A stretch of 59,651 nucleotides of DNA from Lama guanicoe (lineage: Eukaryota): positions 62,001 through 121,651 of the forward strand of contig MU054163.1 in the NCBI GenBank assembly GCA_013239625.1, written 5' to 3'. Positions within the stretch are counted from its first letter, which is position 1. Each line of letters opens with the position of its first letter. Both the position numbers and the translations under genes were made by a program. A model generated the notes under the pieces. It ran no database searches, was not told where the DNA came from, and saw nothing but the letters and a program-made list of their open reading frames with translations. Of this stretch, positions 39,720-51,667 are shown one piece after another.

Positions 39720-42700
39720 TCAGTCGGGGTCCGAGTCAGGGTCCGAGGAGAGCTGCCCCTCCATGGTCTCACACATGGCATGCTGCAGGGATGTGAGCTG
39801 GCCCTGGGGACTCATCCCCATGGGCTGGATGACTCTGTGCCTGTGGGGAAAGGTCGTAGGGCTGGGGAAGGGGCCTGGGTTGGGGTGCAGGGGTCCTACG
39901 CACCCCCTGGCTGCTATTTTTTGCTCCACTAAGCTGCTCCTGTTTACTAGAGAAGGCTGGGTGGGAACTGTGTTAATCAGGCCTGAATCCTAACTGCTAC
40001 CTAAGCTTTGAGACCTTAGGCAGTCTCTTAATTCCTCTGGGCCTCAGTTTTCATCAGCCGTTAAATGGACACAATACTGATCTCAACCCTAACCCTTCTC
40101 TAGGGGATTTCCTCCTGGACAGGTGATTTCAAACATTGATAATGCAGTCTTCCCAGAATGTAAGCCCTCCTCTGACCCCACCTCCCAGGGCTCCCAAAAA
40201 AGGACATGGGTCCATCTCCCTGTAATGGCCCTAGGCCCCTCCATGCCACATACCTGGAGAGCTTATCAAACATGTTCACCAGCTTCATGGCCTCATGCTC
40301 CTTCTGCTCCTCTGTCATGCCCTCCATGGGGTTGGGTGGTTTTTCCTCTACCCTTCCAGTCACTGGGTTTATGCTGTTTTGTAAGAGAGGTGTGTGGGGA
40401 ATGCATTAGAGACTCTTTAGGACAGGAGGAGGCTGCATGGGGTGGGGGAGCGCCTCATCTTCCTGCTTGGCCCTGGAATGGCAAGAAACCCATCTTCCTG
40501 GGTGTGGGGAGGCAAGGCAACTGCAGAAAAGACCTCCCTCCAGGAGCAGTTCCTGCCACTTGGACCACCTGGTCCCGCAGACTGCTCAGCCCCTTTCAGC
40601 CTCTGTGTTCAACAGAACTTCCTGATGTCAGAGTAAGTGTCGTTTAGAGACAGATGCTTCATCCCAAAAGGTCGTACCCATTTGTCACCCTGTCCCATCC
40701 ACCCTGCGGGTCCAGGTGGGTGAGGGAATAGGGATGGGGGCTGAGTGAGGGGAGCCCGAGGATGGGGGGCACACACCTGGCCTTGGCTTCCTTATACTCC
40801 TCTGTGTCTGTGTCCTCGTCCTCCGAGTACTGGCCCTCAGGCCGGCCCCCGGCCATGAGGCCCCTAGCAGCCAGGAGGCCTGCGGCATTTCCGTAGCCCG
40901 TGTACTTGATGAATCGGGGCACTGAGGGGCAGGGCAGAAGTCAGTGCGCAAACGTGGCTTGGGAGGGGCTGGAGGGGGGCAGGCGAAAGCCAGTCCCCCC
41001 ACTCACCACTCTCAGAGCACAGGACAAACAGGAACTCAGCAGCCACCCTCTTCACGTCGGTGTCCAGGTGTGTCATGAGGCGAACCAGCTTGTTCCGCAA
41101 GAGCTCCCCAACCTCTGGCCGGGTCCTCACGTCCCGCAGTGGGGGCAGCACCTGGGGAGGCAGCTGTCCCTAAGCCTGGGCCTAGAATGGCCAGGGTCTC
41201 TGACCAGGGCCCAGCCATGGCCCTTCGGCCCTGTACATACCTGTGCCTTCAGGAACTTCCTGGCAGGGCGGTGCATGCGGGCACACTCCGTCAGCACACT
41301 CAGCACAGGGGCGACGCTCTCCTTCAGCCTGTGCGTCTGCAGAGGAGCCTCTGTCACCGGGACTGTGCCCCACCTGACTTGAGGCCAGGCCGGGGGTGGG
41401 GGATGTGGTGCTCATGCACCACGTGGTCCTGGCAGGAGGCACTTAGGAAGAGGCCCCACCACGGTTAGTCAGCTGAGGGACCAACTGTGAGCAGTGGGTG
41501 TCTGTGTGAACTCTTGAGAGGGACAGGCATGGACCCTAAGTCAGGAGGCCATTCACATGCCATGTGACTTGAGGCAAATGACTCAACTGCCTTGAGTCTA
41601 ACTTCCCTACCCATAAACCAGAGTTGTGGGGAAGTGTTTAAAGCTGTTAGCAAACCACCAGCACACAAGCCAGCTATGGGCAACATGGATTCCCACGGGC
41701 TCTACTAAATCTGAGCTGTCACATCCTTCAGCCTGTATGATGCCTGCGAATTACAGAGGGGCTGGGTGGAACCCCGACCAGCTGATGTCCCGTGGTGCAG
41801 CTGCAGGAATCAGGGAGTCTCTGGCTCGAGGATCCTGTGGGTCCCTTTAGTGATGCCAAGGAACAGCTGATGCTTACCACCAAGGTCTACTTGTGCAGAG
41901 TGACACTATGAGTCTAGGATCACAAGGAAGGGCCAGGAGGCTTCTCTGGACCACTCAAAAGCATCCACAAAGAGATCTAAAAAATGAGTTCTTTGCTAGA
42001 TTCTGAAAACTTGCTTCCGAGTGTGGCAGGGTCTGCATGCTTCTCAGGGAGGAGGATCTGCCTTCCTACCTGCTAGACCATGGAGCAGCTGAAGGCACCC
42101 CCTGAATCACACTGGGGAGCTGCTCTCCACTTACCAGTGTGGACTGTGCAAAAGCAGTGACCACAGCTGCTTGAGAAAGCCTGGGCCAGAGCCACAGCAG
42201 GTCCCCCTGCCCACCTGGTGCAAACGCTTCTCCAGGAAGTTGAGGAGGACACGAATCACATCCATATTCACTCCCAAGAACTCCAAGGAGCCTTCATGTG
42301 ACTCCAGGGTGAGAAGGACGTCCAGACACTTGAGGGGCAGGTTTCCTAGGAGGTTCACTGTGTGGCTAGGGACAGACGGAAACGGGGGCTTGGTGAGTCC
42401 AATGCCCCAGCATAGGTACAACCCTTACTGTCACCTGCTGGGTCACATATGACATGAGCCAGTGTCCAGGGGCCTGAGAAGCAGCACTAGGTACCAGAAC
42501 CGTTGGGTGCACCCTCTGCAGATGCCCCACCTACCACACATCTGGGTGGAAGCATCATGAACAAAAATCAGAACCTGCCTAGACACAGGTCACCAAGAAT
42601 AAATATGAATAATCACATTGCTCTATAGATACCCCACCGTCTGCTGCCTCTAACAAGGTTGAGTAGCACATTGCTGTCCCCAAACTTACAGCTCTTGTCT

Positions 42701-44474
42701 TAACCACATATTGTAAGTGTTGGAGGTCCCTGGAAACACACCGATGTCTGGTCCCACCCAGACAGATGAAGACGCTTTAGGGCTGGGAACCACCACCTAG
42801 ACTTGTGAGCAGACTTCCCCAGCAGCATGATAGGCACCACCCTCACCCGTGGAACTCCTCTGTGCGGTCTCCAGCAGCAGCAACCATCACACAGTGCCGC
42901 AGAAGGGTCCCCAGGTGCCGGTAAAGGGCAGTGTCTTCCTGACCAAAGAGAAAGGGGTTTCTGTGAGAGAGAGCCCCATTCGCCCCCATTGCTGCCAGCC
43001 CACTCCAGGACCACGTGGACTAACTACGCATCTCCTCTACTGTACCCCTGGCTCCTCGTCCTCTCCTGGTGACCATAAGAATACTCTTTTGGTTAAGAAC
43101 ATCAACAGACCCCTCTGGGATGAAGTCGCTCTGCTTCTAGCCCCACGCTCATTGCCTCTAGTGAGGAATCTTTGACGACCTCCCACAGACACCACAGTCC
43201 TCCCACCAGGCTGCAAGATCCAGTTATGCCCTACAACTCGCTCAGAAACCGTTCTTGAGGCCCTTGTCCAATATGGGGATCTCCCTGCCTTCTCCTGGTG
43301 GGACACCCGAAAATTTGAAGATACTCGGCAGAGAAACAAATCCAGGATAACTCCAAGCTGTTATGATCCACCCACAGTTTGAGGTCAGCCCTCACCTCAT
43401 CCACTTCCTTCTTGATGGAGTCGAAGGTGATGTTGAAGAGCACTTTGAGGATCTCCATAGCCCGCTCAGTCTCCTGGGTAGGGAGGAGCTCAGGGGGCCT
43501 CTCTTTGGGGGTCATTCCCAGAGTCAGCTCCAGCGCCTCCGTCAGCAGGTGCACTCCCTGCAGTTCCTGAAACAGCTGGTGGCGCACGTCGGTGCGAAGT
43601 GCCGTTAGCAAGAAGAGGAGGCGCAAATCAAAGAACTGGACGTCGTGCGGGAAGCTGCTCTGGCGGCACCGTCCCACGCGCTCGGCAAGCTTTGCCACTA
43701 GCCCGGCGTCTGCAGCCAGCGCCTGTGCCACAGGGCTGCTTAGCACGAGGTTGCACAGGCACTTAAGGGACTCGAGCACGACATCCATGTCCAGGGGCTC
43801 CGACTCCTTGGAGGCGGAGATGCCTGCATAGCAAGCAAGTGCCTGCAGGCTCTGGCGGCTGGTGAAAGAGTCCAGGCAGCTGCGGTCCCTGGACAGGATG
43901 CGGATGCTTTGCAACCAGATGACGCGGCGGCACGGTGGCAAGCCCTGCTCCAGGACGGAGACCAGCAGATCCGCCAGTCTCTGTGGGCAGGGAGAAGAGC
44001 GGTTCCACCAGGCTCCTGTACCTGGGCCACCCGTCCCTGCCCCTTTACCCCTCGGTGAGGACCCACCTTCCTGTCCTCCTGTTGGGCATCATCAAACGTG
44101 AAGCTCTGGGAGTTCTGCAAAGAGACCCAGAGGCTCAGAAGGCACAGACTCACCGGTGCAGGACCGCGGCTCCGCAGATAGGGGCATGAGGCCGCAGGCA
44201 TGGCTCTGAACAGACTGCGCCCCACCCCGACACACCTGTCACCCAGCAACGCCTCCGAGTCAGCGCCCCTCCCCCACCGGCGCTCCCTTCCACGCTCACC
44301 ACTCACGCCCCGCCAAAGCCAGCCACGCGCGCTGGCCCCACCCGGCCCCACCTCTTTCTTGCACGTCTCGCGTCCACAGCTCCCGCTCACCTCCCGGTTG
44401 TACGCGAGCAGAGCCTCCAAAATCACGTTCTCATCCCCCGTCTCCACGGCATCCGCAACCTCCCGGGGCTCCAT
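39720..44474 (-). CDS. RIC8A: Synembryn-A / RIC8 guanine nucleotide exchange factor A, 528 aa, 10 exons
   Basis: Exons: 44391-44474, 44067-44114, 43396-43980, 42847-42938, 42215-42365, 41241-41336, 41007-41151, 40777-40921, 40254-40373, 39720-39840. Total 1587 nt, [56 protein letters not shown] (-) at 39075-39080. Confidence 0.98.
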
Positions 44475-44700
44475 GGCGGCCCCGGGACCTGGCGCCGGAA
44501 AAGCTGGACGAGCCTCGCTCCACAGTTCCGGGCCCGCGTCTGCCTGCCCCGCCCTAGCTCGGCACGCCGGGGAGGCCGGGACGGGGCGTGCGCGGCGCCG
44601 AGGGGCGGGGCCAGGGCGTGCGCGGCGCGGTCGGGACTGCGCGCGCGTTACAGTAGAGAGGCCTGGAGCAGCCTCCCGCAAGCTTGAAGGCTCTGCCACG
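44150..44700 (-). promoter_or_regulatory. RIC8A CpG island promoter
   Basis: CpG-dense. Repeated GGGCGTGCGCGGCGC (44584-44628), a GC box, and NRF1-like TGCGCGCGC at 44638. Confidence 0.75.
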
Positions 44701-45589
44701 GAGTCAGCTCGGGCTTCAAAAACCTATTTGGTGATCGTCCGACCTCAAGGCCCAAGTCGCCCCTGAACCGAGCAGTGACCCTCGCTTCTTGGGCCAGAAT
44801 TCCCGGCAGGAGAGGACCTCAGCCCCCTACCCCTGCAACACACGAACACCAACAGCGCCTTGATGCACAGAGTGAATGAAATGTCCCGGGGAAAGCCAGG
44901 GTGGAAAGGACTTAGCAGCCCCGGGACCACTTGATTTGTTAAACAGGCATTTGAGTGCCTACTGCATGCGAGGAGCCAGGATGTGGGTGAACAGGACCCA
45001 CAGGCCCCTGCCTTCGTGAAGCTTATGTTCCAGAGGTGAAGACAAAGAAAAACAGGCGAATGAGACGACTTTAGGCAGTCACAGTGCTGTGATTGAAGAA
45101 GAAAAGGGGCCTGATGGGCTTCAGAGGGGTCTGGGGAAGTGCCATTTTTGCTGAGACCGGACAATAAGAAGCGAGCCAGGAAAGGATCTGGGAGAAAGTC
45201 ATTCAAGGCAGAAGGAGCGGCTAGTGCAGAGGTGGGAATGGCTGTGGTGGGAGAAACAGACCCTGATCATGTGCGGCGACTTCCTCGCTGTGTAAGCAGA
45301 CACACGATCTGGCCTGGACTCAGTTTCCTCTTTTGAAAAGCACAGATGATAAAAGTTTCCATTTAAGTTGTTTGCCAGTAGGACTAAATGACAGACAGCA
45401 AATGCTCTATTACGGTGGGTGGGTAACTTATACAGTCCATCCACTGGTCCATCAGCTTTGTGCCAGGCGTCTTGTCAGTGAGCGAGTGCAAAGGCCAGAA
45501 GCACCGGCTCCCACCGTCCCCACTCCTCCACGCTCCCACCCCTCTTCCTGGTCTCATTTTTCCTTCGGAGTGCTTCACCCTGCAACTTC

Positions 45590-46380
45590 TGCGGCGCCCG
45601 CTCGTTCTAGGCACGGATGGCCACTTTGTCCTGAGCCCGCGCCTTCACCGCACCGCAGCCGGGCAGGGGCGCGACCTGGAGACTCTCCCGCCTGGGAAAG
45701 GGCCCGTGAGCTCTGTCCAGTCAGGACCCGACGCCGCCTTCGGCAGGAATGGCTGTGGGAATGTCTGTCGGCACCAAAACTGCCAGCTAAGACACTAACC
45801 ACCCGGCAGTCCCATGAGCCAACGGCCCGTCCCGCCCCCAGGCCGAGCGGCGGGTTCCCAGCGCCGCGCCCCCGCGAGCCGGACCTCGGCCGGAAGCCGG
45901 GGCTGCGGAGGAAGGGGCGGGGCCGGAAGCACCTTCCCGCGGCTGCGCCACGTCCGAGGAGGCTGTCCCGAGCTGGTGCCGGACCCCGGGGTCGGAGCTG
46001 GGCGCGATGGCGGACTGGGCTCGGGGTGAGCGCGGAGGCAGGTGGCGGCGGGGCCGGCCGGAACCGACACCGCCCCCCGCAGGAGCCGCCCTCGCCCGCC
46101 ACCGCCCCGCTGGGTGGCCTCGGCAGGGAGACCCTGCGGGCGGGCGGAGCCCGGGCCGGGCGGGCCGGGCTGCAGCTGGCAGCTCCGTGGAGGGGTCGCT
46201 GCGGCTCTGAGGGCGCTCCCGCCCAGCTGCTCCGCGAAGCTGCGGGGTCCTGATCCCGCAGTCCCCTGATCCCGCAGTCCCCACCACCTCCGCCCCTGCG
46301 AGATGGCCTCCTGGTCGACAGGTCCCGGAGGGTAGCCCCCGAGGAGTGGGAGCTGCGCGTGTCGGGAGGGCCCAGGCAGG
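45590..46380 (+). promoter_or_regulatory. BET1L CpG island promoter (divergent from RIC8A)
   Basis: CpG-dense. ETS-like CCGGAAG at ~45890 and ~45923 and a GC box upstream of the ATG at 46007. Confidence 0.75.
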
Positions 46381-47891
46381 CCTCATACCGACTGGGGCTC
46401 GAGTTACCCCATTTGCCGACTGGGAGCCCCTGTTTTCGTCTGCGAAATGGGATGCTGATGCTTGTCTCGCAGGGCTTTTGTGACCATTAAGGATACGAGC
46501 GGTCGGTAGGACGCTGACAGCTCTTGTTTTGGAGTGTGTACACGTCCATGATTCCTAGGGCTGCGTCCCTGTTAGATGAGTCACGTTGAAGCATCTGGCC
46601 CGAGGCAGATAGGTACTCTGAGCTTGGAGAGGTAGTTCTCACCCACCTGATAGGATGGTACTCCTGAATCATCAGACCCAGCCTGTGTCATGGGCCAGGT
46701 CTCAGCAAGCACCCTGCTCTGGGTGTCATACAAGACCCTATGTGGAATGCAGACGGGAGCAGACCTAGGTCCTGCTCTTGGGATCGACCCCTATTACTAA
46801 GTCTTCCCAAAGTCTTACCAGACTTTACTGGTTTTCTCTAAGAACAGGTCTCTTGTATGTCGCTGGTGACATCCATGGAGGGATGGTAAAGGTTCTGCCA
46901 CAGAGCATCAGAAAGTGCTAGTTGGACTGAGCCCTCTGGAGGTGCCCACCCATCCCAGCCTGGATACCTACACTGGGCAGGTGCTCACACACACTGTAAT
47001 TCATGTGGCCTGCACTGTGTGTAAAGTCCATGTGTTGGACCCGCGTGTTGGTGAGACCTGCTCAACACACAGGAAAGCCCAGTCCTCCCCGGACATGCCT
47101 TGGCCAGACAGGATTGTAGTGAGAGCCCTGAGGCCACAAAGAGCCGAGGTGCAGGGGTCAAGGGGTGCTTGTGGGTAGATGCATGCTCTCAGCCTCTCTC
47201 TTCTCTCAGCTCAGAGCCCTGGTGCTGTGGAGGAGATTCTAGACCGGGAGAACAAGCGGATGGCCGACAACCTGGCCTCCAAGGTCACCAGGCTCAAATC
47301 GGTCAGTGGTGGTCCTTTTCACCTCCACCTGGCACCCTGGAGCGGGGATCAGAGGGAGGGTACAGGCCTGGATGGGTTTCAGGTAGTTCCATTCTTGTCC
47401 CATCTATGGCAGCACTCACCTGCGTGAGGCCCAGGTGACACCTGGATCTCCTGATTTCTGTGGATTTTGTGGGAGGCCAGGTGCTGTCCATTATGTTTGT
47501 CCTGGCCTGACCCTGTTTCCTCTGTGTCCTGACCAGCTGGCCCTGGACATTGATAGGGATGCAGAGGACCAGAACCGGTACCTGGACGGCATGGTAAGGG
47601 TCTGCGGTTTGTGCGAGTGTCACAGTCAGCTCTGCCCCATACCACCTGCTGTGCAGGTCCCCACCTGTGTGCGTGTGTTGTGGCATCGCTGCCCTGTGTG
47701 ACCATCCTGGGATTCCTCCTCAGGACTCGGATTTCACGAGCATGACGGGTCTACTTACGGGGAGCGTGAAGCGCTTTTCCACAATGGCGCGGTCTGGGCG
47801 AGACAACCGGAAGCTTCTGTGCGGTATGGCTGTGGGCCTGATCGTGGCCTTCTTCATCCTCTCCTACCTCCTGTCGAGGGCAAGGACGTGA
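46007..47891 (+). CDS. BET1L: BET1-like Golgi SNARE (GS15), 111 aa, 4 exons
   Basis: Exons 46007-46025, 47210-47301, 47537-47593, 47724-47891 (336 nt). MADWARAQSPGAVEEILDRENKRMADNLASKVTRLKSLALDIDRDAEDQNRYLDGMDSDF...LIVAFFILSYLLSRART*. AATAAA at 50169 and 50185 implies a ~2.3 kb 3' UTR. Confidence 0.97.
46249..46280. repeat. Perfect 16-bp tandem duplication (CCTGATCCCGCAGTCC x2) in BET1L intron 1
   Basis: Read directly from the sequence. Confidence 0.85.
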
Positions 47892-49625
47892 GCCAGTGGG
47901 AACTGGCTTCTGTGGGTGCCTGGAGCACACAGAATCTTCCTCTGCCTGGCATCCTGGGCTCTGGAGGACCTGCCTACAAAATACTCTTTTGAAATGATGA
48001 TCGTGGCTTAGGACTCTTCTTCCTGTGTGGCTGGGAGCCTCTGACCCCGTGAGCTCATGTTTGCTTGTCCTGTGTGTGCAAGGGGCCCATCCCCTTTGGA
48101 AAACCAAAGCCCAGCTCTCTCTACCACCTTGAATGCTAGAAGCCCCAGTAGGGCCTGGCCTAAGCAGAGCACCTGGGAATGGACACGGCCACCTGTGGCA
48201 GCAGGCTTTCCCCTGGCTCTCAGGGTTCTGACATCTCAAGGCTCCTCTGCCCTGTCCTTGTCTGGATAAGGCCACATCTGGTACTTGAGATGCCTGGAGT
48301 TGACACAGGAAGGGGGTGTGGCTGTGAACCTCGAACCATCGCCGTCACCTTCGACCAAGAGTCTTCGGTCTCAGAGATGGCAGTTGTTCCTGTCCAGGGC
48401 TGCTGGGCACCAGCGGACCAGTGAGAGCCAAGGGTCCTCTCAAGAGGCCTCTGCCTGCCCTCCAGTTCCACGACTGAAGCCAGACCTTCAGGGAAGGCAG
48501 GGGGTTGAGGATGGAGGAGTGAACTGCAGCCTTGGCTGAAGGCACAGAGCCCAGATCCTTGTGGATCTCCCAGGCATATATCCAGGAGCAGAAACTGACA
48601 ACTTCTCAGGATTCAGGATCTACCTGGCACCAGAGACCAGATCTCTACAAACAGGCCCATCGGGCATTTCAGAGTCAGGCAGGGTGTGAGGAGGGCCTCG
48701 TGTGGTTATAGACAGGAAGCTTCAGGTAAGGGCTCTCTTCACAGAACCTATAGATTGCTTCTTCAGGGTCATGGGTAGTTTCCACCAAGCCTGGCCCTTC
48801 CACCTGCAACATTCTCTTGCCTCTCCCTGCACTCTCATTCCCCACTTGGCCAGTCCCCTGCTCACACGAACTGAACCACAGGCCCAGACAAACCAGTGTC
48901 TTTTTCTTGCCCCACTGTGAGATCCCAGCATTCTTATCTTCACATAAAAACACCTGTAAGAAGCACGTCATTAGCCCTGTGTCCTTTCTTCTCTGTATCC
49001 CCGTCTTCTGCCGTCATGGTTACTCCCTCTTACTCCCCAAGGCCCATTGGCTCCCTGTCCACCTACTCGCACACTCATACCACTTGTGGTCACACATGTC
49101 AGCCACAGCCTGGCACCTGTGGGCCCCTGCCGCCCGCCTCGCTCTGCCTCTGGCCACCTGAGCTGCTGGCGCTGCTGCTGCTGCTGCTACTCCTCTCCCT
49201 TGCTGTCCACCCAGCAGGCCTGGCTCTCATGCACTCACCACAGCACCCTTCTCTCTTCTACCCGACCTGGATGGGCCCCTCAGCCTCCTGAGGAGGAGGA
49301 TCCCACCTCTGATTTCTGTTCTGACTGCCCCCACCCCCCCAGCACGTGCTGCTTTCTCACCCGGTGAGGTTGGCTTCCTTGCCTCCATGTCTCTGGGCTT
49401 GGCTGTTTCCCTGCCCTCCTTGAAACCCTTCACAGGCCCTGTGGCCTTGCCCTAGTCTGCACTGGCCCTGCGCACCACAGCTTTGGCTTAGTGCTCACTC
49501 ATCTCAGGTTGAACCTCGTCGAGGGGACTGGCCCACTGCTCACCAAGCTCATGGCTGTTGCCCGTGTAGCATCTCCATCTGGTTGTTGCAGGCACTGCAG
49601 GCACACCCAAACCTGAGCTCTGTGG

Positions 49626-49677
49626 CCCCCCCCCCCCCCCTCCGGGNNNNNNNNNNNNNNNNNNNCCCCCCCCCCCC
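49626..49677. other. Assembly gap (19 N, 49647-49665) within poly-C runs
   Basis: C15-tccggg-N19-C12. Confidence 0.97.
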
Positions 49678-51667
49678 GCTTCTGGGCCTGCTAACCTTGC
49701 TTCTTGAGAACGTGGCTCAGCCGTGGCAGCCACGCCCCTGAGCACCAGAGGATGCCCTTACATGCTGGGCCCACTCGACTTGCCAACACAGACCAGGAGT
49801 TTAGAGTTTGCACGTCTAACTCGGTGTCCTCCAGGAGTGCTTTGCCATCTCAGACCTCCGGCTGCTACATTTTCTCTGCAGCCCTTCTATCTATTTTGGG
49901 GTCTGAGTTGTAGTTTCTCCCGTTTACTTTTTTGTTTCTCATTCTTACTGTTAGAATGAGTTCCTGAAGGGGCCGTGTGTCACTGTGTCAGTAGAGTTTC
50001 CTGCGAGGCTTTCTCCCTCCTCCCACTCAGCCTTATTCCTGTGGATAAGTCAGGTTTGTGGGTGTTGATCCCTAAGACTGTAAAGCAGAGCAGGAGTTGG
50101 GGCCCCTCTGTGCCAAGTGAACACAAGCTGCCAGGCTCTATCCGTAAGTCAAGGACAAGGCATTTAGCAATAAAAATAATTTGGAATAAACAGCCTCGTG
50201 ATGAAGTAAACACATAGTCTCGTGTTCTCGTCTCCTTGGGGGCTTCAGAGAGCTTTGTCTGGGACTGAGCCTGGCCCACAGACGGGCTGTGGGCACTGAT
50301 GGTCTAGACTCTGCTTCTTTCCCCATCTCCAGTTCTCCTGGGCCCTGCTTCCCTCCTCACTCACTGCCTCAGGCAGGCAGACGTGGCCTCGCCACTTCCT
50401 GCTGCTGGACCTCTCTGTGCCCAGCCAAGGTTCTGTGACTCAGGTGAGAGCATGATGGCATTACCTCCTCAGGATTAAATGCATGCGTGTGGGGTGTGTA
50501 GGATAAGTAGCCTGACGTGGTCACAGCTGAGTGAGTCTGAGCAGCCGTGCTGTGCTTTGTGCAGCTATAGCCGGCAGTGCCACCGGGGTGACGGGGCTCC
50601 TCACCCAAGGTCCTCAGTGACTTCTCTCCAGGGCTGGGGTGAAGTTCCGACTGCACTCCTCAGAACTGGCCTTGGACTCGAGGGCACCCTCAGGAAACAC
50701 TCCTCTTCATCCCAGCTCAGACACCCCTTCCCTGCCCACATCCCCCTCTGCCTCCTGTGTTATTTTGATGTACAGCTGGTCACCTTTAAACTTAGCCATT
50801 TAAAATTGCAGTAATCATTTGTCTCTGACGGTTACTGCTGGTATCTGAGACAAGCACGGCGGTGACAGTGGTCTCTGCTCTGCGACGTCAAGGCCTTCTT
50901 TTGAGAGGCTGGCACTGCCATCCCCTGAAGGCTCGCTCGCGTGTCTGCAGGCTGTTGCTGGTGCGGGCTGAGGGCCCGGCTGGTCACCGCCTCGCCGCGT
51001 GCTGAGCTTCCTCACAGAGAGGGGGACACCCGGGCAGAAGTAGTTTCCTTCGCATGTTGTGGGGTCTGACCCCAGAGGTCGCTTCATTCAGGACAGTCAT
51101 AGGCTCTGGTCCAGATTCCAAGGGAGGGGCACTGACCCCACCTCGGCAGAGTCAGGGGAGAGTCAGTCACAGGGCAGTCTGACCCCATGGGAGGGGCGGA
51201 TGCAGGTGTGATCATCTTTGGAGGATACGACGAATCGCGGAGGGCGGGGCTCAAGGCAGAATCAGAAGGGTGGGCACAGCGGCGTCTGATGCTCCCAAGC
51301 CCTCCTGTCTCCACTCAGACCCCAGGCCCTGGAAGCAAGGATGGGACCTGACGTGGACGGGCCTGACAGCCTATGGGGGCCCCTTTCTGGAAAAGCTTGA
51401 TCTTCCCCCAAGACAAACCCATTACTAGTGGAATCCATGATTTATTATATATCTGGGCACTGCAGGAAACAAGTGTAGCAAATGGGAAAGTAACATAGGA
51501 AAAATAACTGGTCACGACCATCTGAACAAGCGTACTCTGCCCTGCAGGGCCAGTCCGGCTGCAGCCCAGCTGGTGGAGGGGGCGCCCAGGGCCCTGAGCC
51601 CAGGGGGCCTGCCGTCGGGGGAACAGGGTGTGCGGAGGCTCAGAGGGATGGGTGGGCGGAGCCGGGG

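Noticed and set aside
43740..46386. 319-aa and 306-aa Arg/Pro/Gly-rich ORFs
   Set aside because: Stop-poor CpG-island artefacts overlapping the real first exons of RIC8A and BET1L.
48896..49291. ORF with a poly-Leu, signal-peptide-like stretch
   Set aside because: It derives from a short (CTG)n run in the probable BET1L 3' UTR, has a non-ATG start and no splice support.
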